IMG/VR virus record: IMGVR_UViG_3300045988_138952
Location: 4,722-68,721 of that record
Source of the DNA: a virus
DNA length: 64,000 nucleotides
Strand: one strand, 5' to 3'
Both the position numbers and the translations under genes were made by a program. Below, piece after piece: positions 35,820-46,275 of the stretch; the stretch's first letter is position 1, and the number at the start of each line of letters is the position of its first letter. The notes beneath the pieces are model-generated. The model saw nothing but the letters and a program-made list of their open reading frames with translations, was not told the DNA's origin and did not search any database.

Positions 35820-35865
35820 GCCGGAGTGTGCGGATTTATACTGCATACGCCGGCTTATTTTTTTT
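35820..35865 (+). terminator. hairpin plus T-run between promoter and terL start
   Basis: GCCGGAGTGTGC (35820-31) pairs with GCATACGCCGGC (35843-54) with 1 mismatch and 1 G-U, followed by TTATTTTTTTT and the ATG at 35866. Confidence 0.55.
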
Positions 35866-37479
35866 ATGGAACACGACAAGATTGTATATACGAAAAAGGG
35901 GGAGGGTGTATTCAGTTATGAATACATAGACAGGTTGCGTAATTTGAAAAATGATTTCAATGTTATAGCTCAATCCGGCGGGCAGGAGAACTCATTAGCT
36001 TCCGATGCCGACATTGTTATTATGGGAGGGAATCGTGGCGGTTCAAAAACATTTACTTTATTAATGGAATCCTTGCCAGACATTAAAAATCCACGTTTTA
36101 ATGCCGTTCTTCTGCGTAACGAGAAAGATGACCTTAGAGATATGATTAACACGTCGTATCTTATTTACTCCCAATTTGGAACTTATAACCGTTCTATATC
36201 GGATATGACTTGGAATTTTGGAGAAAACGCTGGAAAACTGTGGTTTTCTTATTTTGCTGATAATTTTGAGGATTTCAAGAAGCGCTTTCAAGGTAAACAG
36301 TTCTGTTATATCGGTATAGACGAAATAACCCATTGTTCTTATGACAAGTTTAAATACCTTATCACTTGCAACCGTAACGCTTATGGTATTAAAAACCGTT
36401 TTTGGGGTACTTGTAATCCGGACCCGGATAGCTGGGTGCGCGTTTTTATAGATTGGTGGATAGGAGAGGATGGGAATCCTATACCAGAACGCGATGGAAA
36501 GAAAAGATATTGTTTTATGGATGGAGATTCTCCCAATAATATATTTTGGGGAGACACGCCAGAAGAGGTATATGAACAATGTAAATCCATCATAGACCCT
36601 CTTTGGAATGATGCTTACAAAAAATTGGGATTTAATAAGAAAACAATGTTTGTCAAGTCAGTCGTCTTTATACGGGCACGTTTGGAGGATAATATCAAAT
36701 TGATTGAGGCTGACTCAAATTATGCGGCTAATCTTGCCCAGCAGGATGAAGAATCCCGCGCTCGCGACCTCGAAGGAAATTGGAATTTTAAAGCGGCTGG
36801 AGACGATATTCTTAAAATCGAACACATGGAGCGGTTCTTCAACAACTCCGCCCAATATGGAGATAATAAGCGAAGGGTATCATGTGATATTGCATATGAA
36901 GGTGGAGATAATCTTGTCTTGTGGCTTTGGATTGGGAACCATATAGAGGACGTATATGTAAGTCGGGATAACTCCAAGCGGACGGAAGAGTGCGTCGCAT
37001 ATAAGTTGCGTGAATGGGGAGTCCTGGAGAAAGACTTTGTTTTTGACTTGAATGGACCTGGACAGGATTTTAAGGGCAAATTCCCAGACGCGGTCAAGTT
37101 TAATAATATGGCAGCTCCTATCCCAACGACAAAAGCTGACGAACAATCTATAAAATATATCTATTCTTCCCTGAAATCACAATGCGCTGATATTCTCGTT
37201 AAGAAGATTAAGAATGATGAAATTTCGATTAACCCCGATTTGTTGTCGCGTAAGTTTTCAGGAAACGGATATTCAGATATGACACTTTATAATATCCTGA
37301 TGAAAGAACGCAAAGCCATCCGGGATGCAGACACAGATAAAGGCTTCTCTTTAATTAAAAAGGAAGTGATGAAAAAGTACGTCGGCCATTCTCCCGACTT
37401 TATAGAGGCTATGATTTACAGACAGATTTTTGATATAAGAAAACAACACACTAAACCAAAAGGATTATGGAGAATATAA
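35866..37479 (+). CDS. terL: terminase large subunit
   Basis: Walker A GGNRGGSKT, Walker B-like FCYIGIDEITH, and 537 aa directly before the portal gene. Confidence 0.9.
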   Translation: MEHDKIVYTKKGEGVFSYEYIDRLRNLKNDFNVIAQSGGQENSLASDADIVIMGGNRGGSKTFTLLMESLPDIKNPRFNAVLLRNEKDDLRDMINTSYLIYSQFGTYNRSISDMTWNFGENAGKLWFSYFADNFEDFKKRFQGKQFCYIGIDEITHCSYDKFKYLITCNRNAYGIKNRFWGTCNPDPDSWVRVFIDWWIGEDGNPIPERDGKKRYCFMDGDSPNNIFWGDTPEEVYEQCKSIIDPLWNDAYKKLGFNKKTMFVKSVVFIRARLEDNIKLIEADSNYAANLAQQDEESRARDLEGNWNFKAAGDDILKIEHMERFFNNSAQYGDNKRRVSCDIAYEGGDNLVLWLWIGNHIEDVYVSRDNSKRTEECVAYKLREWGVLEKDFVFDLNGPGQDFKGKFPDAVKFNNMAAPIPTTKADEQSIKYIYSSLKSQCADILVKKIKNDEISINPDLLSRKFSGNGYSDMTLYNILMKERKAIRDADTDKGFSLIKKEVMKKYVGHSPDFIEAMIYRQIFDIRKQHTKPKGLWRI

Positions 37480-38951
37480 GTACACGACAGATTATGGTAC
37501 GCCGTCCGTTTCGGAGAATATTGCCAAATGGATACAAACAAGCAGTAGGGGTTATATCTGGCAGCTTGTCCGTTAATGAGCCTTTAGACAATCCAACATA
37601 TCAGATAATAACTCAAATGGATTTTTTGAGGGAATTTGAGCCGTCCGGACATGCTATAAATGACCCATTGGTATATCCGGACAGATTAAGACAAGACCCT
37701 GAAACAAAAGAGTGGTTTAGAGAGTCCGTTATCAGATGTGCTTTTGCGTTTCAGAGGATTATAACAATCAAACACCTGGTTCATCTTTGTGGAAACGACA
37801 TTCAATTTGAGCTGGAAGGGGATACCGAAAATGAAAAAGTAAAGGATACATTTTTTAAGTTTCGAACCGGATGGGCTGTAAAGGACATGGAGATAGCATG
37901 GTATGAAGCGGCAAAATCCGTAAAGATAACGGGGGACACAGCATTTGTAGGTTATCTCCGAAAAGGAATTTTCTATTGGAAAGTCCTTTCTTTTGAGAAA
38001 GGAGATACGTTATATCCCCATTTCGATAATGTTACAGGGGAGCTTACATTGTTTGCCCGTTCCTATTCCGATTTTGACAATAATGGAAATACAGTTACAG
38101 ACTGGCTTGAAGTTTGGGATGAGAAATATCTCCGTCGCTTTAGAAAAGGGAAAGGGGCGTACAACAAAATAAAGCAAGTGATAAAGAACTTGTTTGGATT
38201 AAGCGGATACGAACTCATATCTTCTCAGGAACATGGCTTTACATTTATCCCTGTGGCTTATCACAGAAATGAAGCCGGCGCTTGTTGGTCTCCTTCACAA
38301 GACAGCATAGAGCAATACGAACTTGCTTTCTCGCAATTGTCACAAAACAATACAGCTTACGCCTTCCCGATTATGTATTTCAAAGGAGAGGGAGATAGTA
38401 TTAATATAGAGGGAGGGATTGATGGCACTATAAAGTGTATATCAATGGGACCGGATGATGAAGCCGGTTATCTTAACAAGCAAGATGTTTCCACTGCCTT
38501 TACCAAGCAGCTTGATACTTTATACAAGTTAATTTATGAGCAGTCTTTTGCGGTAATTCCACCGGAAGTAAGAAGCGGAGACCTTCCAGGTGTAGCCATA
38601 AAGCTGCTTTATTCTCCTGCTTTTGAAAATGCCATGAAGGATGCCCAAGAATATAACCATCTCATTGACGATATGGTAAAGATATTCACTTATGGCTATG
38701 GGGTGGAAACCGAAAATCTTATTGACTTGCAAAATTTGAATGTATATGCCTGGATAAAGCCGTATATACATCTGAATGAATCTGAACTTCTACAAAATCT
38801 TGCAGTTGCTGTTCAAAACGGGTTCTTGTCCCGGCAGACCGCAAATGAGCAAATTCAGATGTACAGCAATCCTCGCGACTGGGATAGGATTATGAAAGAA
38901 AAGAAGGAAGAACAGCAGGCTGACATTCTTTATGAATTGAAATCCCAGTAA
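37467..38951 (+). CDS. portal protein
   Basis: 494-aa ORF that overlaps the terL end by 13 nt and is followed by a MuF-like gene. Confidence 0.7.
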   Translation: MENISTRQIMVRRPFRRILPNGYKQAVGVISGSLSVNEPLDNPTYQIITQMDFLREFEPSGHAINDPLVYPDRLRQDPETKEWFRESVIRCAFAFQRIITIKHLVHLCGNDIQFELEGDTENEKVKDTFFKFRTGWAVKDMEIAWYEAAKSVKITGDTAFVGYLRKGIFYWKVLSFEKGDTLYPHFDNVTGELTLFARSYSDFDNNGNTVTDWLEVWDEKYLRRFRKGKGAYNKIKQVIKNLFGLSGYELISSQEHGFTFIPVAYHRNEAGACWSPSQDSIEQYELAFSQLSQNNTAYAFPIMYFKGEGDSINIEGGIDGTIKCISMGPDDEAGYLNKQDVSTAFTKQLDTLYKLIYEQSFAVIPPEVRSGDLPGVAIKLLYSPAFENAMKDAQEYNHLIDDMVKIFTYGYGVETENLIDLQNLNVYAWIKPYIHLNESELLQNLAVAVQNGFLSRQTANEQIQMYSNPRDWDRIMKEKKEEQQADILYELKSQ

Positions 38952-39004
38952 ATATTCGCCACAGATAATGGAGTTGAACATAATCCGGAAGGAGATGACA
39001 AGCA

Positions 39005-39787
39005 ATGAAGCAACCTACAAAAAAACAGATACAGGATGCCAAGGATTTCATAAAATTACGTTTGCAGGCTGAAATATCTATGCAAAGTCATTTGGAGGAG
39101 CTTCTTGTACAAGCGGCAAAAGAGATTATAGATATATCATTCAAGTATGATATTCAGCCTGCAATGTTCCGGTTCTCTGCAAATGAGAACTTAAAGCGGG
39201 ACGTAAGCGAAGTACTCCGTAAGTTGCGTGAGTTAATTTACGATTACACGGAAACTCTTTCTGTATATGACAGAAAGGAGGAAAGAGATGCCATTGTCGC
39301 TTTTATAAACAGGGAAGACCACGGAAAGACATTATCAGAGCGTATTAGCATTTATTGCAACCGATTTCAGTATGAAGTGGAAGCTACCATTGCAGCCGGT
39401 CTGATAGCCGGAATCGGAAAAGATAAAATAAAGGATAGCGTAAGGTCTTATCTTAATTCACCTTATACCAATCCTTATTTTAAACGGGCGGTCTATAATG
39501 GCGGGGCTGCTGCCACACGTATTAAAACAGATGGTGTGAGTTATGGAGTAGGGAAGTCTAATTCCGCTTACAACTCGTTAAATACCCTTACCCGCTTCGC
39601 CGTAGGTTCTGCATGGATGTTGTTTTGGGGGCTTGAACATAAGGATAAAGGATATACGGGCTTTTATTCGTACCGTGGGAGCAGTTACCCATGCTCTTAT
39701 TGCGACAGCATGGTTGGCTATCATCCCATATCCGACTATCAGAACCAGTGGCATATAAGATGCTGCTGCTATTTTGTGTTTGTATAA
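39005..39787 (+). CDS. head morphogenesis protein (Mu F / SPP1 gp7-like)
   Basis: Its position after the portal gene. The C-terminal Cys/His motif ..YPCSYCDSMVGYHP..WHIRCCCY resembles the family's HPNCRC motif. Confidence 0.55.
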   Translation: MKQPTKKQIQDAKDFIKLRLQAEISMQSHLEELLVQAAKEIIDISFKYDIQPAMFRFSANENLKRDVSEVLRKLRELIYDYTETLSVYDRKEERDAIVAFINREDHGKTLSERISIYCNRFQYEVEATIAAGLIAGIGKDKIKDSVRSYLNSPYTNPYFKRAVYNGGAAATRIKTDGVSYGVGKSNSAYNSLNTLTRFAVGSAWMLFWGLEHKDKGYTGFYSYRGSSYPCSYCDSMVGYHPISDYQNQWHIRCCCYFVFV

Positions 39788-39804
39788 TTAAAAATCATAA
39801 TAAT

Positions 39805-40362
39805 ATGTTGAGAGGGAAGGAAGAAAAAATAACATTCAGTAAAGGATTGGGTTCTGAATGCAGAAAAGCGGGAATCAGTATAAAAGAGAAGGCTTTTGCC
39901 GACCTTTTAGCGTTAGGATGGAAAGACAAGGACGCCTATCTTATTTCCGGTCTTTACAATCCGGTATATAACCTGGAGATAAACAAGAAGAACATGAATA
40001 CCCTTTTGTCCGACGACAAAGACTTCATGGACTATTTGACCTCTGCAAGCAGAAAGATTAAACGCAGGCAAAAAGAGAGCGAGAAAGAGGATGATATATC
40101 GGTAGATGGTATCAGTGAGGAAGATATTGCTTCCGAGCTATCAAAAGAAAACCAACTTCGTAAACTTATCGCTGCCCGTAAGAAATATGCCGGGAAAGAG
40201 GGATGCAAGGAATGGATAGACCTTACTAAAATGATAGCAGACATTACGCAAATCAAAAAGGACGAAACAAAGGAAGAGGACACCACTGTGCATTTCTATC
40301 TGCCACTTTCATGCAATAATTGCTCCTTGTATCTTGCCGCTAAAAAGAAAGCCGGGAAGTGA
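39805..40362 (+). CDS. terminase small-subunit-like HTH protein (tentative)
   Basis: KEKAFADLLALGWKDKDAYLISG resembles the N-terminal HTH of small terminases. I chose the start at the internal Met of the tracked ORF. Confidence 0.35.
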   Translation: MLRGKEEKITFSKGLGSECRKAGISIKEKAFADLLALGWKDKDAYLISGLYNPVYNLEINKKNMNTLLSDDKDFMDYLTSASRKIKRRQKESEKEDDISVDGISEEDIASELSKENQLRKLIAARKKYAGKEGCKEWIDLTKMIADITQIKKDETKEEDTTVHFYLPLSCNNCSLYLAAKKKAGK

Positions 40363-40370
40363 TACCCGGC
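40351..40370 (+). terminator. hairpin at end of packaging operon
   Basis: GCCGGG pairs with CCCGGC. It spans the stop codon, and the genes beyond it are convergent. Confidence 0.4.
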
Positions 40371-40463
40371 TTAAGAAGTGTATTTCTGCTATATCAATTC
40401 GTGTAAGTATTTACTGCCGCATTTTGCGATAAAATATGTTCTTCCCGAACTCATTTTCCATAG

Positions 40464-40832
40464 CTAAATTCTTATTCCTAAAGAAACTGCAAACATTGGG
40501 GATTTTTTTTCTGTCTCCGCATCGGCTGTTTCATATTCCTTAATGGAAGCATCTATATGAATTCCGCCATACTGATATGAGAAGGATAAAAGCATTGATT
40601 CTATTTTCCTTTCCAACTCCTCTTTGTCTTTTCTTATCTGATAGCAAAAGTCTCTTTCATTTATCTGCTTACCTTTATCTAACGGTAGTACTGAAGCTAT
40701 ATCGGAGGGATAGTAATATTTTCCGTTTTCTCCTAAATATCTAACATTGTATCCGTTCTTGTCAAATAACGCATTCTCTATCGCTTTCAATTTTCCCCCA
40801 TTTTTAAGAGTTATTAGTATTGGCTCATTCAT
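40464..40832 (-). CDS. hypothetical protein (122 aa)
   Basis: ORF co-oriented with the primase-helicase operon. Confidence 0.65.
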   Translation of the reverse strand: MNEPILITLKNGGKLKAIENALFDKNGYNVRYLGENGKYYYPSDIASVLPLDKGKQINERDFCYQIRKDKEELERKIESMLLSFSYQYGGIHIDASIKEYETADAETEKKSPMFAVSLGIRI

Positions 40833-41202
40833 GATTATCCTCCATTTCCTTCTTCATCTCATACATCTTCCTTTCCTCCTCAATAATTTTGGTGTCCTCT
40901 TCGTCAGAAATAGGCTTGGCGTTTGCACGGTCAAGGGCGTTTCCGACTGCCTTCAACACATCCACCTGCAACTCTGCGTCAATGCAGTTTGCCACATACT
41001 GCGTATTGCGTATTATAAGCATCGGCAGATTGTCTACCTTATCTTCTATTGGGGCATTGTCGAGCAGCATGAACATCACACTTCCTGCCCCATATTCAAC
41101 AGAGAAGTCCCCGCTTACGGTCGATACCTTGATAAAGGGCAAATCTCCCTTCTTGTACTTGACAAAAGTCATGTTCCCGATTTGTGTCTTTCCGAAATCC
41201 AT
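40825..41202 (-). CDS. hypothetical acidic protein (125 aa)
   Basis: ORF with an 8-nt overlap with the downstream gene. Confidence 0.65.
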   Translation of the reverse strand: MDFGKTQIGNMTFVKYKKGDLPFIKVSTVSGDFSVEYGAGSVMFMLLDNAPIEDKVDNLPMLIIRNTQYVANCIDAELQVDVLKAVGNALDRANAKPISDEEDTKIIEEERKMYEMKKEMEDNHE

Positions 41203-41230
41203 AGTTTTGATATTTAATTAAGTAAATCTG

Positions 41231-42838
41231 TCAATCTTCATTCAAAAAATCATCGTCCGAGTACTCCCAACCTTCAAACAGATTGGTCTTCGCCTCTTCC
41301 GCAATATTGGGAACGTGCCTCATGAAGTTATTTACAATATCCTCGTTGCCACACCACAGCGTATAGACATTGCTGTATCCCTTATCTGCACGTTTTTCCC
41401 GTACGTATCCGAGTGAAAGCATGTCAATGCCCAACTTCCTTTGCGAAACCGGGATGACACCGTTCTTTTTACAGAACCGTTCATAGTTCTTGTATATATC
41501 CGAGGATGTCAGCTCTATGGAACCGCTTCCTTCAAATTCTTCCGGTTGGCACTCTTTGTATTTGAAATATTCCGAAATGCTCCCGTCCACGAGTTTTCCA
41601 TCCTTTCCCGTAACACTCGACCGTATCCGCTCCAGTTTCAAATCAATCTTCCCGCCCAAGTTCTCAGGCATCCGCCAATTGTTCTTTTTAAGTTCGCACA
41701 GCCCTTTCACAATCCAAGCCATTATACCGGCATGTTCCGCTTTCATTCTTTCTGCAAGCATGGTGTCTCTCTTTTCCACCGGTATTGTCTTGTCAAAGTT
41801 CAGCACCAGGGCGCGGCGCTGCATACTCTCGTCGTCAGGGTCGTCACGGTTCAGGAAATCTTTCGGCTGCCAGCGGTAGTTGGAATTACACAGCATAATA
41901 GGAGGTCTCTGCATCATTGTGATATTTCCACCTATTCCCCGACAGGCAATCGGCTCTCCACTGGATATTGCCTTGATGATGCTCATGTCCTTGAAATCAC
42001 CACGGTTGCTTTCCGTGCAGTACATAAGCCTTTTCCTTGACATAGAGTAGGCGGCGCGTAACTGCTCATCCCCACCTCTTGCAAACTGGCTCATCTTTAT
42101 GTTTAGTATTTCATCCTCTCCAAACATATCCTTTAGAACCCGGTAAATAACACTTTTACCGTTCGCACCAGTACCTTGCAATATAAGGAAATATTCAAAG
42201 CTTATATTTTTCCTATTGACAAGGCAAGCACCGAGGAACATCTGCAATATCCTGCGCTTGTGCTTTTCCGGCAATACGCCGTCCAACTCTTCCGTAGGTA
42301 TCCAGCTTTCTCCAAGAAAGCTTCTCCAGGTAGGACAATTAAAAATCTCCTTGCGGTCATACTTAAACGGATACATCTTCACGCAGTCAAACTTCGGAGA
42401 GTGCGGGTAAGTCTTTAAAGTATTCATGTCAACCACGCAATTAGTAAAGCACATAATGCTAAGGTCGGGTTGCAGCTCATGGTCTCTAATGACATTGATT
42501 ATCCGGTTCATGTAAGAATACATAATCTTATTAGTGCGGTCACGGGCGGCAACACCCATTTTCTCAAGCCACCTGTCTACGGCATCATAGAGCACATTGT
42601 AGTCCATGTACTCGTATATCTTTCCTGTAAAAACATACAGCGGAACACGGTAATCGGCAATGTCTTTCGTTACAACACCATACCCCTCCCGGAACAATCC
42701 TTCAAGACGCCTGCCGTATCTGTCTGTACGTTCCGGATTGCTTGTAACCAAAGATATATCCCTGAATGTAGAGGCGTATTCGTCGCAATGTTGCGACAGC
42801 AGACCGAGCACATAATCCTTTAATTCCCTTCTATTCAT
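41231..42838 (-). CDS. DNA primase/helicase, P4/D5 family (SF3 NTPase)
   Basis: Walker A LQGTGANGKSV, Walker B-like RLMYCTESN, and the D5-N-like element ..FNCPTWRSFLGE... Confidence 0.8.
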   Translation of the reverse strand: MNRRELKDYVLGLLSQHCDEYASTFRDISLVTSNPERTDRYGRRLEGLFREGYGVVTKDIADYRVPLYVFTGKIYEYMDYNVLYDAVDRWLEKMGVAARDRTNKIMYSYMNRIINVIRDHELQPDLSIMCFTNCVVDMNTLKTYPHSPKFDCVKMYPFKYDRKEIFNCPTWRSFLGESWIPTEELDGVLPEKHKRRILQMFLGACLVNRKNISFEYFLILQGTGANGKSVIYRVLKDMFGEDEILNIKMSQFARGGDEQLRAAYSMSRKRLMYCTESNRGDFKDMSIIKAISSGEPIACRGIGGNITMMQRPPIMLCNSNYRWQPKDFLNRDDPDDESMQRRALVLNFDKTIPVEKRDTMLAERMKAEHAGIMAWIVKGLCELKKNNWRMPENLGGKIDLKLERIRSSVTGKDGKLVDGSISEYFKYKECQPEEFEGSGSIELTSSDIYKNYERFCKKNGVIPVSQRKLGIDMLSLGYVREKRADKGYSNVYTLWCGNEDIVNNFMRHVPNIAEEAKTNLFEGWEYSDDDFLNED

Positions 42839-42968
42839 TGTAAGTCGCTCATTTTGTGTTTAAAAGAACATAACGCATGCTCCTATAGGCGCATTTTATG
42901 AAAATAACCTTTTTTCTTTTATCTGTAAAGGCTAAATACATATATCTATGTTCTTTATCTTCATTATG

Positions 42969-42976
42969 CAAATATA
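42969..42976 (-). promoter_or_regulatory. -7 box TATATTTG (minus strand) for primase-helicase operon
   Basis: + strand caaatata, about 130 nt upstream of the ATG at 42838. Confidence 0.45.
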
Positions 42977-43391
42977 CAACTATCTGATTATAAAACAAGT
43001 AAATTTTCTAATTAATATGCGTTAAAACATAGAAAATTACCCAATAATCATCCATATAGTGCAAAAATGTAAAAATACAATGGTTGACTTGTTGTAAAAT
43101 ATCATTACAAATTGGTAGAAAATGGAGAAAATAAAAAATTTTTAGGCGAGGTGACTACGCCGATTTCCTTACAAAAATAAAGGGGTGGGGGGTGGCTCTT
43201 TGCAGGGTGTTTGCAATGTATTTTGTTGTATAATAGCGGTTTGCGGTTTACATTATACATATAATATAAAGTTTGTGTTTGTTTACATTGTTGTCGCTCG
43301 TCAGTCCTGGACATAAAGTAAAGGCTATCACGGCGCAGCCAAAGACACCCAATCCGGTAAATAAATAAAATCAATATCACATGTATGTATT

Positions 43392-43562
43392 ATAGATAAT
43401 ATCTATTAATCATTGTGCTTTGTTAGCGTCCTATGCTTATTCGTGTTGTCTATATATATATCTTGTAATATAGATTAAATCTATTACGGCAGACACTCCG
43501 TCAAGAACCTGCATATATTTATATTATCTATATGTTTTATTGTTAATATAGATTATTTCTAT
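43392..43562. repeat. three ATAGAT-N3-ATCTAT-type palindromes at exact 78-bp spacing (putative origin or operator iterons)
   Basis: ATAGATAATATCTAT at 43392, ATAGATTAAATCTAT at 43470 and ATAGATTATTTCTAT at 43548, in a 1.2-kb AT-rich gap with no ORFs. Confidence 0.6.
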
Positions 43563-44061
43563 TGTATTTAAAGTGTTTATTATGTTTGTTGTGGTATTAT
43601 ATATTTACATATTCTTATGGCTGTGTTTTATGTTGTAAGTGTTTTATATATAGTGTATTATGTTGTATCTGTTGTATGTTTTATAATATGATTATTTTAT
43701 GAAAATATTTTGCAATATTCTTTGCTGTTTACAAAATAATTCGTACATTTGTAATGTAAGAAAGAGATAGATATAAGGTCCTGGTTCTTACAGGCGTGTT
43801 ATTAAGTGTTGGAATAAAAAAGAGAGCCTTAACACTGCAATGTTAAGACCCTCGTAGGTTGGGAATACTTAAAGAAGTACCCCCCCAAGCGGAGGCAAAA
43901 GTACTTCTTTAATTTCTCACCTGCAAATATTCTTCCATTTATTTACATACTTGATACAAATACGTTTTAGTCTTATTGTGTTAGGCTTCTGGTATCGTGT
44001 TGTATTGGTTTACGTGTACGCGCTATAATGTTGAATCATTAACAATTTAAACTATAGCATT

Positions 44062-45294
44062 ATGAAAGCAATGAATTTCTACACCGCAAACGGTTGGGCT
44101 GGTTCGAACTATGACAGTAATTTAAGTACAAAGGAAATCGCCGCAAAGGTCAGGGCTTTTGCAAAGAAGAATTTCCCGGACTTTAAATTCTCTGTACGTT
44201 CTGAATGGAGTATGTACACGGATTCAATGTATGTTGAGCTGAAAGAAGGCACTTGCATTCCTTTCGTTGAAGGTTCAAGAAGTGCAGAACGTGGCTATAT
44301 GTCCACGATGAACACCGTAAAGGGATGGGAAGATGAGTTAACGCCGGAAATGTTCAAAGTGTTGGACGCTGTTACGACTTACGCAAGTTCTTTCCGTTAC
44401 GATGATAGCGACGGTATGCAGGATTATTACGACACTAATTTTTATTTAAAGATAAAAGTGAGTGATGAATATAAGGTTGTAGAACCGAAAGCAAAGAAAA
44501 GCAGCGTTAAGACTGAAAAGGTTGAGGAAGCCAAAGAAGTGGAAGCCGTGACGGTTGAAGGTCTGGAAATCGTGGACTATTCAGAAAAGGCGGTTGCTGT
44601 GTTTGGCGATACGAAGGCTATAAAAGAGCACTTAAAGGAACTGGGCGGACGCTTTAACCCTTCTTTAAATTATAACGGAGAAAAGCGTGCCGGCTGGATA
44701 TTCAGCAAGAAACAAGCGGACAAGGTGAAAGAACTGATAACGCCTACAGGGTTGCCGGCGCTTCCTGAAGAAATATATATCCCGGAACTTGCGGAGGAAA
44801 CGGGACCATTTGAAAATATCCATTTAATCGAAACGGACAACTTTAACGGCGTGCGCTATTATGATATTGAAGGCGCGGGAATCATAACCAGCGCGAAAGT
44901 ACGTGCAGATATACAGCCGGGCGATGTTTTCAATGTATATACGGATGGAGAACGTAAGTTTCGCGTAACCTATGACGGTGTGAGCGTGAAAAGCAGCTTA
45001 AAAAAAGATTTACCCGGTATAATTGAGTTTAACGACAAGATAGAATCGGGCACGCTTAGCGCCTCATCACATTACACCCCGCTTGCGGAGGGTGTGGAAT
45101 TTTACGAGAAGAAAGTAAAAGGAAAGCGTTACACCGTAAAGGATAAGCCGTTAACACCTGGATATTATGGCGTATTAGATAATTTGGACAACTGTATAAT
45201 AGAATGCTATCCGACTAAGGAAGAAGCCGCAAAAGGGGCGGAGATGCTTAACACACATATAGGCGAAAACGGACGGTTAAGAAGTATTATATAA
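44062..45294 (+). CDS. hypothetical multi-domain protein (410 aa); N-terminus resembles polyvalent-protein LPD-type domain
   Basis: ..TKEIAAKVRAFAKKNFPDFKFSVRSEW.. and ..DDSDGMQDYYDTNFYLKIKV.., plus the middle domain VDYSEKAVAVFGDTKAIKEHLKELGGRFNPSL..GWIFSKK. Recognised by memory only. Confidence 0.6.
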   Translation: MKAMNFYTANGWAGSNYDSNLSTKEIAAKVRAFAKKNFPDFKFSVRSEWSMYTDSMYVELKEGTCIPFVEGSRSAERGYMSTMNTVKGWEDELTPEMFKVLDAVTTYASSFRYDDSDGMQDYYDTNFYLKIKVSDEYKVVEPKAKKSSVKTEKVEEAKEVEAVTVEGLEIVDYSEKAVAVFGDTKAIKEHLKELGGRFNPSLNYNGEKRAGWIFSKKQADKVKELITPTGLPALPEEIYIPELAEETGPFENIHLIETDNFNGVRYYDIEGAGIITSAKVRADIQPGDVFNVYTDGERKFRVTYDGVSVKSSLKKDLPGIIEFNDKIESGTLSASSHYTPLAEGVEFYEKKVKGKRYTVKDKPLTPGYYGVLDNLDNCIIECYPTKEEAAKGAEMLNTHIGENGRLRSII

Positions 45295-45313
45295 TTATAT
45301 AGGAGGATATAAT

Positions 45314-45538
45314 ATGAAGGCTAACGATATTGTTATAAATGAACGCGAATTGCTTAATACAAAAATATATAATCCGGGATTTGGTAGTATCAAAAGTATT
45401 CCGTGTACAATGGTGTTGCGGTTGATGGATACAGAGGAATACGGGTGCGACTATTGCGGGGCCTTGAATCTGGTTTTAGAACTGTTCCCAGAAATCGACC
45501 GGGCGGAGCTTGAAAAAGAGTTAGACCAGTTCGTATAA
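45314..45538 (+). CDS. hypothetical protein (74 aa)
   Basis: ORF preceded by AGGAGG 7 nt upstream. Confidence 0.55.
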   Translation: MKANDIVINERELLNTKIYNPGFGSIKSIPCTMVLRLMDTEEYGCDYCGALNLVLELFPEIDRAELEKELDQFV

Positions 45539-45627
45539 ATGTATGTTCTTTGTTATGTTATTGTTATTCGGTGCCGTGTTGTTTATCAGCGGTACCGATA
45601 TAGAGAGAATCAAGGAATTTATAAACG

Positions 45628-45900
45628 ATGAATCAGATAAATTTTAAGGATATGGATACTACAGTAATAAACGATACAAAACGGATTATTTCACAAATGA
45701 ATACGGGCAACGAATGCGATTATATGGAGGCGGGATATTTGTATTACGGAATGGGGTTGTACGGGTATTCCAACGATGTGATAAAATCCGGGTGCGAATA
45801 CACAAAAGGCAAAAATGATTTGTTTTCTCATCTGGTGCCTACAATTGAAAATGTATCGAAATTCATTGCTTACATACATAAGGAGCTGGGAATACTATAA
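45628..45900 (+). CDS. hypothetical protein (90 aa)
   Basis: ORF in the co-oriented module. Confidence 0.55.
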   Translation: MNQINFKDMDTTVINDTKRIISQMNTGNECDYMEAGYLYYGMGLYGYSNDVIKSGCEYTKGKNDLFSHLVPTIENVSKFIAYIHKELGIL

Positions 45901-46007
45901 CTATAATTATTCCGGCGTGGAGGACAGCAAGCGGAGCGACACCGCCGCCGGGAACTATTTACTAACTTAAAAACATACAGGTATTAACGAATTAAAATAA
46001 AACAATC

Positions 46008-46274
46008 ATGCAAACAATCATCGTAACAGTAAACCAGCAGGGCGAAAAAACAGCCCTGCAAATAGATGACAAGGTAATAGCAACCATAGCAAAGGATAGT
46101 TTCAATAAAGGGCGTTATTGCGGCTCTTTCGGAGCTTTCGGTTGTTGCAATAACAGCCGTTACCCTGATGCTGTGGAATTTATATCGGGGTGCATAGAAA
46201 ATCACTTTGCCGGTTTTGGTTTGAATGTGATATTTGAATATAGCCAAAACGAATTTAATATAAGGAGGAAATAA
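46008..46274 (+). CDS. hypothetical protein (88 aa)
   Basis: ORF in the co-oriented module. Confidence 0.55.
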   Translation: MQTIIVTVNQQGEKTALQIDDKVIATIAKDSFNKGRYCGSFGAFGCCNNSRYPDAVEFISGCIENHFAGFGLNVIFEYSQNEFNIRRK

Positions 46275-46275
46275 T

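Noticed and set aside
43105-43380. 91-aa - strand ORF in the AT-rich gap.
   Set aside because: It has an implausible composition, lies in the promoter/origin-like region, and has no coupling to neighbours.
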